From an uncultured delta proteobacterium (GTDB lineage: Bacteria; Desulfobacterota; BSN033; UBA1163), in contig CAVPSJ010000007.1 of the NCBI GenBank assembly GCA_963708295.1, positions 165,797 through 229,796 of the forward strand: a DNA stretch of 64,000 nt, written 5' to 3'. The first letter of the stretch is position 1, and the number at the start of each line of letters is the position of its first letter. Shown piece by piece: positions 10,551 through 21,086 of this stretch. The notes below the pieces were generated by a model, which searched no databases, was not told the DNA's origin, and saw only the letters and a list, made by a program, of their open reading frames with translations. Made by a program: the position numbers and the translations under genes.

Positions 10551-11306
10551 ATGGATGACAAACTGGTCCAGAGGGCAGCAAAGGACATTCTCAATTCGAA
10601 GAAGACCATCGCTTTTACGGGGGCAGGAATTTCGGTCGAGAGCGGGATTCCTGATTTTAGGGGAGCCGAAGGCCTGTGGCAAAAATATGATCCCGAGGAT
10701 TATGCTCATATCCAGGCCTTCACTTCGGACCCCGATCGGGTCTGGTTGATGCTGAAAGAGATGTTCGCCCTCATCATGGGAGCCAAACCCAACCCTGCCC
10801 ATGAAGGACTGGCTGAACTGGAGCGAATGGGTTACCTCTCTTCGGTGATTACTCAGAATGTGGACGGCCTTCACCAGGCGGCAGGAAGCCGGAATGTCAT
10901 CGAATTCCATGGAACTCACAGGACGCTCTCCTGTTTGAAGTGTTCCTCCACGGTCGATGGGGCTTCACTCAAAATAGCGGATCTCCCTCCGCGATGTCCC
11001 CGATGTTCATCGCTTTTGAAACCCGACGTCGTCTTTTTTGGAGAACCCATTCCGTGGGAGGCTCAGGCATTATCATTTAAAGAATCCACATCATGCGAAC
11101 TGGTCCTTTCCATCGGCACTTCGGCGGTGGTCTATCCGGCGGCCTCTATCCCTATGACCGCTAAACAAAAGGGGGCCATCGTCGTGGAAATCAACAGGGA
11201 ACCCACCCCTTTGACAGATGAGATATCCGATTATCTGATTTGCGGATCTGCCGGAGAAATCATTCCCGCCATTGTTGAAACGGTAAAACGATCAGCCCCC
11301 CATTAA
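10551..11306 (+). CDS. cobB: NAD-dependent protein deacylase (sirtuin)
   Basis: TGAGISVESGIPDFRG, TQNVDGLH, HG, two CxxC, KPDVVFFGE, GTS..VYPAA. Confidence 0.92.
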   Translation: MDDKLVQRAAKDILNSKKTIAFTGAGISVESGIPDFRGAEGLWQKYDPEDYAHIQAFTSDPDRVWLMLKEMFALIMGAKPNPAHEGLAELERMGYLSSVITQNVDGLHQAAGSRNVIEFHGTHRTLSCLKCSSTVDGASLKIADLPPRCPRCSSLLKPDVVFFGEPIPWEAQALSFKESTSCELVLSIGTSAVVYPAASIPMTAKQKGAIVVEINREPTPLTDEISDYLICGSAGEIIPAIVETVKRSAPH

Positions 11307-11321
11307 TCCCTCTCCTCCTGG

Positions 11322-11621
11322 GAGACCGTGTCGTAATATGAAAATACGGCTTTTTGGAAAAGGGGCGAGAAGGCCGGGGAAGTTGAGCGGCTTGCCGGGA
11401 AGCGTCCTGTCAAAGGATAAACAAGACGCTTTCCAAAGATTTAGACCTGCCTGCCCGAAGGCAGAGCGGCAACCTTTAACCGTTTCAATTCAAGGTCGCC
11501 AACCCTATGAATACATTCGGTTTTAAGCCAACGATGGTTTCCCACGCTTAAGAGATCCGCGTTCTAAAACTTTGCAACCCGACTGCCTCTTTCCTCAGAC
11601 GTTTCATTGAGACACAGTCTC
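11322..11621. mobile_element. 300-bp non-autonomous MITE-like element
   Basis: Terminal inverted repeats GAGACCGTGTC / GACACAGTCTC, flanked by direct repeat CTGG (11318-11321, 11622-11625); no transposase ORF. Confidence 0.72.
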
Positions 11622-11743
11622 CTGGGAGAGAGGGCATGTATTGCAATCCGGGGTTTAAGGTGATATGATGCGTTTATGTCAGATAGCCTTTCTCGCCGAC
11701 CCTGTCTTACGGCTCTGGACGGCAAAGTCGGCCGGGACAGGTT

Positions 11744-12781
11744 TTGCACGATGAAGGTTCATTTTTGAAAGAACAGCAAGTCGAAGACTCGACGCTACGA
11801 GGCGAGGCCGCCGAAAAGGTCATCTTTGATGATCTCCAGTTGGCCAATACTCTTTTCGGCCCCCACAGCGAAAATCTAAGACGCATTGCCAGGACGATCG
11901 GAGTGAAGATCAATGCCAAAGGCAATGCTCTCACCATCCGTGGAGAGGATCTGGATGTCGACCTGTCCATCCGCGTTCTGAACGACCTTTATGCCCTCCT
12001 GAAGAAGGGGTACCCTCTTTACCCAACCGATATTGATTACGCCGTTCGAATGATCTCCGACGATCGGACTGTTAGCCTTGAGGATATCTTCCTCGATACG
12101 GTCTATATCTCGTCGAGAAAAAGGGCGATCACACCCAAGAGCTTGGCTCAGAAACGCTACATTGACGCCATTCGAAAATACGATCTGGTGATTGGGATTG
12201 GTCCTGCGGGAACGGGAAAGACCTATCTGGCCATGGCCATGGCCGTCGCTCATCTCATGAAGCAGGAGGTGGAGAGGATCGTGTTGACCCGCCCTGCGGT
12301 CGAAGCCGGCGAGAAATTAGGATTTCTTCCCGGAGACATTGCTGAAAAGGTCAACCCCTATCTACGCCCCCTCTACGATGCTTTACATGATATGATGGAT
12401 TTCGACCGGGTTTCTAAACTTGTGGAGAGGGGCGTGATCGAAGTGGCTCCCCTGGCCTTCATGAGGGGGAGAACCCTTAATGATTCCTTCGTCATCCTCG
12501 ACGAGGCGCAAAATACAGGACCGGAACAGATGAAGATGTTTTTAACACGATTGGGCTACAGCTCCAAGGCCGTGATCACGGGTGATATTACACAGGTGGA
12601 CCTTCCGGAAAATAAGACGTCGGGCCTGGTGGAAATCCAGGGCATCCTGAAGGGGATCGAAGGGATTGAATTCGTTTATTTCTCAGACAAGGATGTCGTC
12701 AGACACCCTTTGGTTCAGGAGATTATCAAGGCCTATGAAAGAATGGAGGAAAAGCGACGCCGGCCAAAGGACACTCTTTGA
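11744..12781 (+). CDS. phoH: PhoH-family ATPase (start approximate)
   Basis: [42 protein letters not shown]. Confidence 0.93.
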   Translation: MHDEGSFLKEQQVEDSTLRGEAAEKVIFDDLQLANTLFGPHSENLRRIARTIGVKINAKGNALTIRGEDLDVDLSIRVLNDLYALLKKGYPLYPTDIDYAVRMISDDRTVSLEDIFLDTVYISSRKRAITPKSLAQKRYIDAIRKYDLVIGIGPAGTGKTYLAMAMAVAHLMKQEVERIVLTRPAVEAGEKLGFLPGDIAEKVNPYLRPLYDALHDMMDFDRVSKLVERGVIEVAPLAFMRGRTLNDSFVILDEAQNTGPEQMKMFLTRLGYSSKAVITGDITQVDLPENKTSGLVEIQGILKGIEGIEFVYFSDKDVVRHPLVQEIIKAYERMEEKRRRPKDTL

Positions 12782-12787
12782 CAATCT

Positions 12788-15182
12788 ATGATAAAAACAT
12801 CCCTAAAGAAATTTATCCTTGATCTTCCTTTCCTCAGAACCACCAACGACCTGAGGGACCGTTCATGGCTGGAAAGGATCAAAACCCCTTCTTATCAGAA
12901 ATGGTTTATCGGCATCGGAATCGCCAGCCTTCTCGCCCTTCTTCTCTCACCCAGCCTGACCCTCCACGTTAAAGAATACAAGGTAGGCGACATTGCGACC
13001 AAAGAAGTCAGATCCGCCCAGGACCTTTTGATCGAGGATGAGAAGTCGACTCAAGAGAAACGTGCCGAAGCCGAGAGATCCGTCCTGTCCATCTATGACT
13101 TTGACCCTGCGGTTCTCACGGATTGCGAAAATCGAGTCCGGTCCGCCTTCGAATCATTGGCCGCCTCCTTCCAAAAAAGAGAAAAGGGAGTGGATCAAAG
13201 CATCCTCAGGAAAAAGGAATGGGAGTCTACATTACGCCTTTCCCTCACTCAAAAGGAATGGCAGGTTCTAGAAAGGGAGCGCTTCAATCCCGCCATTGGA
13301 GAGGCCGCCCTGAAGATCATTGCCCCCGTCCTGAATAAGGGGATCGTCAACGACAAAGAACTTCTTGATCCCGATGCGGAAAAAGGGGTCCTCCTCCGGA
13401 ATATCCAGACCCGAGGGCTGAGAAGGAGCTTTCCACCTTTTAGCTTCTTGGATCTTAAGGAGGCAAGAGCCATCCTTCGGGCTCAGGCGGGGGTTCTGTC
13501 CCCTCCCTTGGGGAAGGAGGCTTCCGCCATCGCGTTTAAGATCGCCGAACACTTTCTAAGGCTCAATCTCACCTTTAATAAGAATGAAACCGAAGGGAAA
13601 AAGACAGATGCAAAAGAAAGAGTGAACCCCGTCTATTTTCAAATCAAACGAGGAGAGGTGATCCTGCGGGCAGGGGACCGAGTTCAGGAAGAAGATCTTG
13701 CAAAAATCAAGGTCCTCAAGAAGGCACAGGAAAGAACCCACCTCCTGACCGTCCTGATCGGCATGGGCCTCCTGATTTTCCTCGTCCTCGCCAGCCTTTA
13801 CCAATTCTCCACACAAAACATCCGAAAGGTCGCCCTTTCCCAGAAAGATCTCCTCTTCTGCTCCACCGCGCTGCTCGGAACCCTGGCCTTCCTCAAACTT
13901 TTCCAGTTGAGCGCGGATGTTCTGGGGGAGAATTTTTCTCCATCCCCTCGTCTTCCTACCTGTATCTTTTCCCTGTCGCCACCGGCGCCATGCTCGTTCG
14001 AATCGTTCTCAACTCAGAGGTCGCCATTTTCTTCTCACTCCTGACGAGTTATTTTTCAGCGGCCTTGATGGGAAACCAGCTTTTCTACTTTATATTCACT
14101 CTCGTGGGAAGTGTGGTCGGTGCTCATAAGGTCGCACGCTGCGAACAGAGGAGCATCCTCCTCAGAGCCGGTATCACGGTGGGAGGAATCAACGTCCTCA
14201 TGATATTCTCTTACAGCCTCATTTCCCAAAATTTTCTTAAAATGACCTTCCTCTCAGACTTATTGATGGGTTTTCTGGGAGGCGCTCTCGCTTCGGTCCT
14301 CGTCTTAGGAATTGTCTCCATCATTGAAACCCTGTTCGGCTATACCACGGATATCAAACTGCTTGAACTGGCCAACATGGACCATCCCATTCTGAAAGAC
14401 CTCATTCTTCAGGCTCCCGGCACCTATCACCACAGCATCATTGTCGGCAGCCTCGTGGAAGCCGCTGCCAAATCGATCGGGGCCAATCCTCTCTTGGCGA
14501 GAGTCAGCGCTTACTATCATGACGTGGGAAAATTGAAAAAGCCTCTCTACTTCATCGAAAATGCAGGAGGGGGGAGAATAAACACGAGCATCTCACTCCC
14601 ACGATGTCGAGCCTCATCCTCATTTCCCATGTCAAGGATGGAGTGGAGTTGGCTCGTGAAAACCGCCTGGGAGAACGAATCGGCCACATTATTCTGCAGC
14701 ATCACGGGACGAGCCTGATCTCCTACTTTTATCAGAAAGCCAAGGAAAAAGCGAATCCCGAGATGGGATCGATCAATGAGGACGATTTCCGATATCCCGG
14801 CCCGAAACCCCAGACCAAGGAAGCGGGAATCGTCATGCTGGCCGACTCGGTAGAAGCCGCCTCTCGGGCCCTCACCGATCCCACACCTTCCCGGATCAAG
14901 AGCCTCGTTCAACGGGTGACGAACAGCATTTTCTTGGATGGACAGATGGAAGAGTGTGAACTGACCCTGAAGGACCTTCAAAAAATTCAGGAGAGTTTTA
15001 ACCGAATCTTAACCGCTATCTTTCACCAGAGAGTGGATTACCCCGCATCAACGAGCACGGAATCACCGCTAAGAAGGAACGATGAAGATCTGGATTCGAA
15101 ACCAGCAAAAACATATCCCCTTAGACTTAAGAAAAATAAGAAGGGCGGCCCAAAGGATATTGACCGAATTGGGGTTTCTTGA
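12788..15182 (+). CDS. 7TM-HD (HDIG) phosphohydrolase, PgpH-like c-di-AMP phosphodiesterase; two frameshifts
   Basis: Extracellular 7TM-HD region, TM block, APGTYHHS, YHDVGK, ILQHHGT, FRYPGPKPQTKE, MLADSVEAA across ORFs 12788-14044, 13990-14718, 14604-15182. Confidence 0.88.
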
Positions 15183-15537
15183 TGCCGAGCTCAGCCTCCT
15201 GCTGGTCGATGATACCCGGATTCGAGAATTGAATCGGAAGCATCTCGGACGGGATAGGCCCACGAATGTGCTCGCTTTCTCCATGAGGGAGGGCGAATTC
15301 TTGACCCTCCATCCTCACCTCCTCGGAGACCTGGTGATTTCGGTCGAAACAGCCAAGCGCCAATCGAACCGCTTCGGCCTCGACGCAATGGGGATGGTCA
15401 TCCTTTTATTGGTCCACGGTGTGCTTCACTTGGTTGGCTATGAACATGAGGGATCGAAAAAAGGCGCCCGGGAGATGACCCTCAAACAGAAAGAACTCCT
15501 TCACATCATAACCGGAGTGAAGAGTGCGCCAGTGTAA
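15082..15537 (+). CDS. ybeY: rRNA maturation endoribonuclease YbeY
   Basis: LN..H..RDRPTNVLAF, LGDLVIS, HGVLHLVGYEH. Confidence 0.93.
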   Translation: MKIWIRNQQKHIPLDLRKIRRAAQRILTELGFLDAELSLLLVDDTRIRELNRKHLGRDRPTNVLAFSMREGEFLTLHPHLLGDLVISVETAKRQSNRFGLDAMGMVILLLVHGVLHLVGYEHEGSKKGAREMTLKQKELLHIITGVKSAPV

Positions 15538-15669
15538 AATGCAAAATTAATCCCGCCGAGGCGGGACAAAATGAGCATGGGATAATGCCACTCTCCAACG
15601 TCCAATTTTCCCATTCTCCCCATTGCTGAATTTGTACTGCTCATTTATTGATTTGCAATGATTCCCTTC

Positions 15670-16296
15670 TTAGTTGAAGATCCAGAGTTTTCGGAGACGC
15701 TCAAAGCGCTTCAGGAAATCAAGCTCATCAGGAGTCAACAAAGCAGGAGCGATTCTTTTCTTCAATTTCAATAATCCCCCATAATCCACCCACCGAAGGA
15801 GGGGGAAAAGGTAACGTCGGAGCAATCCCTTTTCTTTAAAGGCAAAACTGCTATTGAAGTCGATGAGGAAAGGCTCTCCTTTCTCGGAGACCAGAATGTT
15901 TCCCTTATGCCTCAAATCCATGTGGACCACTCCCCTTTCATGAATATCTCCAAGGACTCTTTCTAATTCCTGAAAAAAAGAAGGCGGAAGGGGCTCCCCT
16001 CTCAGGATGGATCTTCCTGGAATGAACTCCATGGCAAAAGCAAAACGGTCAATACGCTCCACGGGCTGTGGGATGCCTTTCATCCCTGCGAGCCGGGAAT
16101 AGATCCTCCACTCTTTGTGAATCAACCAGAGTCCCAATGTCCATCTTAAGAAAACATTCCTATTTCGGACATCCTTTATCATCAAAGGTCGGCCTTCGAC
16201 ATCCACCCGATTCAAGTCGGGCTTCCCGGCCCTCCCTTTGACAAGGGAAATAGAACGTTCAATATCTTCTCGCTTCACTGACTCTCTCTCTGCCAA
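15670..16296 (-). CDS. Protein-kinase-like (RIO/Kdo-kinase superfamily) small-molecule kinase
   Basis: HERGVVHMDL..GNILV..FLIDF catalytic motifs. Confidence 0.75.
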   Translation of the reverse strand: MAERESVKREDIERSISLVKGRAGKPDLNRVDVEGRPLMIKDVRNRNVFLRWTLGLWLIHKEWRIYSRLAGMKGIPQPVERIDRFAFAMEFIPGRSILRGEPLPPSFFQELERVLGDIHERGVVHMDLRHKGNILVSEKGEPFLIDFNSSFAFKEKGLLRRYLFPLLRWVDYGGLLKLKKRIAPALLTPDELDFLKRFERLRKLWIFN

Positions 16297-16320
16297 CGTG
16301 GGGAAAAGGGAGGCGAAACA

Positions 16321-16878
16321 TTAAAAGACAAGGCCCCAGTAGGGACGACTGAGGATCAGGACGATTCCGGCGAGGACAATGACAAATATCCCCTCTTCGC
16401 TGTTTTCAACAAAGCATCTGAATTGCCAAGAGGCTTTTCTGTCCGAATAGGGAGTCCATCGGGGAAGGTATTCCGGCACCTTCTCATCGTATTCTTCGTA
16501 TTGGTCTCCAAAACGGTTCTTTAATCGGTCTCCCTCCATCTTCTTCTTATACGGGATGTAATGGAAACAAAACATGAAGAAGGCTGCCGCCAGAAGATAA
16601 ATATTATCCGCCATGATACAAAATCCTGTCGTTATGAAAATAGATCCGATGTAAAGCGGATTTTTGACATAAGCATAAGGGCCCGTAACGGTCAGAACCT
16701 CGTTCTTCTGGAGATGGCCTGCTGCCCAGATGCGAGTGGCTTCCCCCAAAAAGATCAAAAACATTCCAATCCAGATTGCGGGTAACTGGGGTTTCGCGAA
16801 AATCAACAATAAAGCGGCTCCGATAAAAAGCGGAACTCTTCGAACCTTTCTTTGCCATGTCTTCCTCGTCTCGTCCAT
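16321..16878 (-). CDS. Integral-membrane methyltransferase (ICMT/PEMT family)
   Basis: RIWAAGHL.K..LTVTGPYAYVKNPLYIG, E..L..RFG..Y..Y..VP. Confidence 0.82.
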   Translation of the reverse strand: MDETRKTWQRKVRRVPLFIGAALLLIFAKPQLPAIWIGMFLIFLGEATRIWAAGHLQKNEVLTVTGPYAYVKNPLYIGSIFITTGFCIMADNIYLLAAAFFMFCFHYIPYKKKMEGDRLKNRFGDQYEEYDEKVPEYLPRWTPYSDRKASWQFRCFVENSEEGIFVIVLAGIVLILSRPYWGLVF

Positions 16879-16901
16879 ACCCCCCTCTCTTTCCTCCCGT
16901 C

Positions 16902-17639
16902 TCAAATCCTTTCCTCGATCTCGTACCGGATGGCGCGGTGCTTCATCCATCTCACGGCCAGCAAATCAACGAAGGATCGCATCATGCGATTTCGAATGTT
17001 GTATTTTGACTTCCCAAACTTCCTCGGATGGTGAGAAACGGGGACTTCGATAATCCGACATCCTTCCCTCTTAACTAGGGTGGAAAGGAAACGGTGCATC
17101 CCGTTAAACACTGGAATCCCCTGAACGCATTCTCTTTTGAACGCCCGGAGGGTACAGGCGCTGTCCTGGATGGTCTCTCCGGTCAATCGATTCCGAACGC
17201 CGTTCCCAATGGCAGAGGAGATTCTTTTCAGCCATGAATCTTCTCTTTTCTGCCGCCACCCTGTGGCCATATCATAGCGATCCAAGTATTCCAACAGCTT
17301 CGGGATGTCGGCAGGATCATTCTGAAGGTCAGAATCCAGGGTGACAATTTTTTCTCCCCGGGCTTCTCTCATTCCTGCCACGAGGGCCGTGCTCAACCCA
17401 CGATTCTCTCTGAGGCGGAGGACCCGGAGAGAAGGGGCCTGAGAGGCCATGTCTCTCAAAATCTTCGGGCTCCCGTCGAAACTTCCGTCATCCACGAAGA
17501 TCATTTCCCAGGAGCATCCAAGGCCTTGCAAAACCTTCTGCAGTTTTGAGATTAATAAAGGCAGGTTTCCTTCCTCATTGTAGACGGGCACCACAACCGA
17601 AATCTCAATCTTTTCATTTTGTTCGGCAGACGGCTTCAT
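16902..17639 (-). CDS. GT2 polyprenol-phosphate glycosyltransferase (DPM1/ArnC-like, no C-terminal TM)
   Basis: ISVVVPVYNE, VDDGS.DGS, TLDSDLQNDP, GMHRF, HHPRKFGKSKY. Confidence 0.88.
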   Translation of the reverse strand: MKPSAEQNEKIEISVVVPVYNEEGNLPLLISKLQKVLQGLGCSWEMIFVDDGSFDGSPKILRDMASQAPSLRVLRLRENRGLSTALVAGMREARGEKIVTLDSDLQNDPADIPKLLEYLDRYDMATGWRQKREDSWLKRISSAIGNGVRNRLTGETIQDSACTLRAFKRECVQGIPVFNGMHRFLSTLVKREGCRIIEVPVSHHPRKFGKSKYNIRNRMMRSFVDLLAVRWMKHRAIRYEIEERI

Positions 17640-17713
17640 CGATCCATTTAATTTCAAAGGTCCAAACCTCCCGCTCAGGGCTTCACCTGTGTCATTGGCT
17701 TCATCGATTCATA

Positions 17714-19366
17714 CTACCGGTTTGAAATCAGGACAAATTCCTTTCCCCCGACCCGACGTCGAAGAATCAATTGAAACTCTGTACGATTTCCTGCCATCTG
17801 AACTTTTAAAAAATCTCTGGACCGAAGGAGACAGAAAACTCTCTCCTGAGAGCTTAAGAAATCGGAGAGGGCTTTTTCCTCTTCTAACACCGTTATCGGA
17901 ATGATTCCAGTATAAAAATTATAGGGGGTCGGTTCAAAATCTCCGTAGAGGGCGAGCTTGTCACCGGATTGCATCCGTGAAGTGATCTCCTGACAGACAA
18001 AGCGGGCCGATTTGTGAGGGTTCACAAGGGGAAACACAACTCTTAACGTATAGAAGAACCCGACCGTCATCACTCCAACGATGATGAGAAAAACGGCTCC
18101 GTAATGCTTGGATCGGTTGAACAGGAAGAGGAGGATGCTGACCCCGACCAGGAAGAAGGCGACGGGAATGCTGTATGAAAGGTAAAAAGGCAGTTTTGCC
18201 CAAATCACCCAAGGCAGCGACACTCCGGCCGCAAAAATCACTCCCGTCAAACCATAGAGGGGGATCATGATCCATTCATGCTGAAGAGGTCTCAAGGAAA
18301 AAGAGATGAGGTCCTCCCAAAGCTTTCCAATCATGAGTGACGCCACCGGGAAAAGGGGCAAGAAATAGAGTCCCCTCTTTCCCTTCGACAGGGTGAAGAA
18401 GAGGAAGATAAAAGCGAACCAGACCCCCAGAAAAAGAAATTCCTTTCTCTTGGTCGCCATGGCCCCGGAAAATCCGTACACCATCGCGGCAGGAAGAAAG
18501 ATGATCCAGGGCAAGAAGTCCGCTGGAAAGTTGTAAAAATAATAATAGATGGGCCGAATATGCGATGAGCCTATGGCAAAGCGGTCAAACGAATGGTGCA
18601 GCAGGGTCTGATTCAGGTAGTACATTCCGCCTTTTAAGATGGCCGGGAAATACCAGGCTAAAGCGACGGCGCAAAAGAGCGCCATCCCGGGAAGGAGTCT
18701 CATCCCTCTGATCTTCTTCCATTCTTTTTGGACCAATAGAAAAACGAGCGTGATTCCTAAAGGGAGGATAAAGCCAACCGGTCCCTTGGCCAGGGTAGCC
18801 AGGGCCATCCCGATGTAGTATCCGAAAAAAGAGAGGCCCCCTATCCTTTCCGGGGGATCTGCTCCTTCCTGGCACCGCTGATACCACTGGAGAAAGCAGA
18901 GGATCGAAGCCGTGATAAAGAACGTCAGGGTCGTATCCATATTTCCCCGCGTAGAAAGATACGCGAATTGGACACTGGTTGCCAGAATAAGACCCGCGAG
19001 GAACCCTGCCCGTGAGGAATATAGCCTCTTTCCAATGAAAAAAGTGAGCAGCACGGTCAGGGTCCCGAAGAGAGCAGAGGGAAATCTGATTGAAAAAGGA
19101 CTCATCCCTCCGAAGAGGAAGGAGGAAAGACCAATGGCCCAGAAAAAAAGAGGAGGCTTATCGGTGTAAAGGTTCCCGTTACGGTGCATCAAAATCCAGT
19201 CTCCCCGATTCACCATCTCTCTCGAAACTTGAGCGTAACGGGGCTCGTCAGGATTCCAGAGGTCCCATTGGCCCAGGTTGACAAAATAAAGGAGGAAGCA
19301 GACTCCCAGGAGAAGAGCAAGCTGGGCCCACGGCTGAGGGGTCATTTTCGAAAATCGTTGATTCAT
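17714..19366 (-). CDS. ArnT-like (GT83/PMT) lipid-carrier glycosyltransferase #1
   Basis: LWNPDEPRYAQVSREM, DKPPLFFW, LAKGPVG, SKGKR..YFLP. Confidence 0.88.
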   Translation of the reverse strand: MNQRFSKMTPQPWAQLALLLGVCFLLYFVNLGQWDLWNPDEPRYAQVSREMVNRGDWILMHRNGNLYTDKPPLFFWAIGLSSFLFGGMSPFSIRFPSALFGTLTVLLTFFIGKRLYSSRAGFLAGLILATSVQFAYLSTRGNMDTTLTFFITASILCFLQWYQRCQEGADPPERIGGLSFFGYYIGMALATLAKGPVGFILPLGITLVFLLVQKEWKKIRGMRLLPGMALFCAVALAWYFPAILKGGMYYLNQTLLHHSFDRFAIGSSHIRPIYYYFYNFPADFLPWIIFLPAAMVYGFSGAMATKRKEFLFLGVWFAFIFLFFTLSKGKRGLYFLPLFPVASLMIGKLWEDLISFSLRPLQHEWIMIPLYGLTGVIFAAGVSLPWVIWAKLPFYLSYSIPVAFFLVGVSILLFLFNRSKHYGAVFLIIVGVMTVGFFYTLRVVFPLVNPHKSARFVCQEITSRMQSGDKLALYGDFEPTPYNFYTGIIPITVLEEEKALSDFLSSQERVFCLLRSRDFLKVQMAGNRTEFQLILRRRVGGKEFVLISNR

Positions 19367-19370
19367 CTGC

Positions 19371-21068
19371 TCATTCCATGGTCTCAGTCACCGTACCTCG
19401 CGGTGAAACGTAGACCAATCCCCTCTGGCGGCTTTTATGGATCAACCCACGGAGAAAAGCCTTTGGGTTCTTGACAACGGGATTGAGACGCAGGTACTCC
19501 CTGAGAAACCTGTAGCGGTCGACTTTCGTCATGGTCCGAGGAGTGGAAGTGTTGAGCTGGAGAAAATTTCTGAACAATGTTTTCCGGTTCACTTTCACAT
19601 CCATCAGAATATCCTCGAAATCCAAAAGATGAAAATTCCAGGTGTCTCCCGCTTCTGATACAAGGATATTACAGGTCTTCATATCCTTATGGAGGAGACG
19701 CATTTTGTGAAGGCCGGCAAGCCAATGGGCAACGGTTCTGATAAAAAGCCTTTTCTTCTTCAAATCTTCAAACCCGCTAAAAATATACCGATCCATTTCC
19801 TGGTCGTCACCCCGGGCCTCCATCAGCAGAAAACTTTCCCTCAAACCGAACCAGTCTTTTCTCTCCACGAAGGCAAGGGGTCTAAGAGACGGAAGGCCTC
19901 TTGCTCGAATGCCATTGGCCCCTTTCCAAGACTTAAACCCTTTCGAACGGCGGAAATGTTCTTTCATCCGCCCCCAGAAGGAAGGGTAGCGAAATTGCTT
20001 CAAACAGACCCCTTCCCCTTCGTCTTCCAATATGGAGACGATCACCTCCGGGGAATATTTGACGAGGGTAGAGGGCCTTTCTCTCACGAGTTTTTGGTGC
20101 TCCGCCATCACCCTTTTCAGACGCCCCAGGGGGAAATCCCTTCGATGAAAATAACAAATCCCCTTTTCCCTTTGCACCGTAAACTCAGTGCTTTCTTTCA
20201 AACATCGCTTCGTTCTACTCTGCCACTGCTTCACTTGAAGGTCGTCCATGATGGGACGAATCTTTTGATGTAAAATCTCTCTTTCCTGAGAACGGTCGAG
20301 CGTCCCCTCAAAGTATCGATCCAAGAATCGAAGCTGGTCCTCTTCGCCCCACATCGATCTTAAGGAATGAAAGAGATGTGACAAATTCCATAACCTCCGG
20401 CGTAAGGACACCGACTTTAGGATTTTGGCACGGTGTAAATCGGTAATAAAAAGGGACTCTCCCTGCCACAAAAAGTTCCCTCCGTGAAGATCCCGATGAA
20501 ATAACCCTGCTTCTTGATATTTCTTCACGGCCGTCGCTAATTCAGCAATCGAACGAGGTTCTTTCGATTTTGCCACTTCCTCAATGAATGAAACCCCTGT
20601 CCCAATCGCCTCGGAGAGGTAATAACTCTCTTTGACCCACCCCTTCCGAACCCGTTCTATCCAGCCCAAGGGTTTCGGGACGGGGAGACCTCTCATTTCC
20701 AATTGGGATGCGATGAGGAATTCTTTCTGCCCCCTGGAAGGAAGAAAAAGATACTTCAACCCCTCCATCCAGTCTTTCGTTTTATCCCTTTTGAAAAAAA
20801 CCCTTCCTCCATCCGAGAAGCTTAGAAGAGCTGCCCACCTCCACTTCGATCTTTTGAGGATCTTTCCTCCCACCTCCTCGATACAAGAGAGAGGATCCTC
20901 AAAAAAATCGGAGGGGAGACCGTCCCACACCTCCCCTCTCACCCACCCCCTCAACTCACCTTTCAATACTCTTCTGAGAGTTGAATTCCCCATCTGCCCC
21001 GTTAGGAAAACACTACAATTGGATTGAGCTGTCATGGGTCTTAAAATGCCTTCCCAATAAAGCAGCAT
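19371..21068 (-). CDS. Tandem-domain LPS kinase (WaaP/Kdo/InaA family); start uncertain
   Basis: Two catalytic loops HRDLHGGN..ITD and HKDMKTCN..LLD. Confidence 0.8.
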   Translation of the reverse strand: MLLYWEGILRPMTAQSNCSVFLTGQMGNSTLRRVLKGELRGWVRGEVWDGLPSDFFEDPLSCIEEVGGKILKRSKWRWAALLSFSDGGRVFFKRDKTKDWMEGLKYLFLPSRGQKEFLIASQLEMRGLPVPKPLGWIERVRKGWVKESYYLSEAIGTGVSFIEEVAKSKEPRSIAELATAVKKYQEAGLFHRDLHGGNFLWQGESLFITDLHRAKILKSVSLRRRLWNLSHLFHSLRSMWGEEDQLRFLDRYFEGTLDRSQEREILHQKIRPIMDDLQVKQWQSRTKRCLKESTEFTVQREKGICYFHRRDFPLGRLKRVMAEHQKLVRERPSTLVKYSPEVIVSILEDEGEGVCLKQFRYPSFWGRMKEHFRRSKGFKSWKGANGIRARGLPSLRPLAFVERKDWFGLRESFLLMEARGDDQEMDRYIFSGFEDLKKKRLFIRTVAHWLAGLHKMRLLHKDMKTCNILVSEAGDTWNFHLLDFEDILMDVKVNRKTLFRNFLQLNTSTPRTMTKVDRYRFLREYLRLNPVVKNPKAFLRGLIHKSRQRGLVYVSPRGTVTETME

Positions 21069-21086
21069 CCAAGAACGCCCCCGTTT

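Noticed and set aside
10551-11306. Sir2-domain anti-phage defence gene
   Set aside because: Canonical zinc-binding CobB-type deacylase in a housekeeping context with no defence partners
11340-11610. 6S RNA or riboswitch upstream of phoH
   Set aside because: No recognisable consensus; region is better explained by terminal inverted repeats plus target duplication (MITE)
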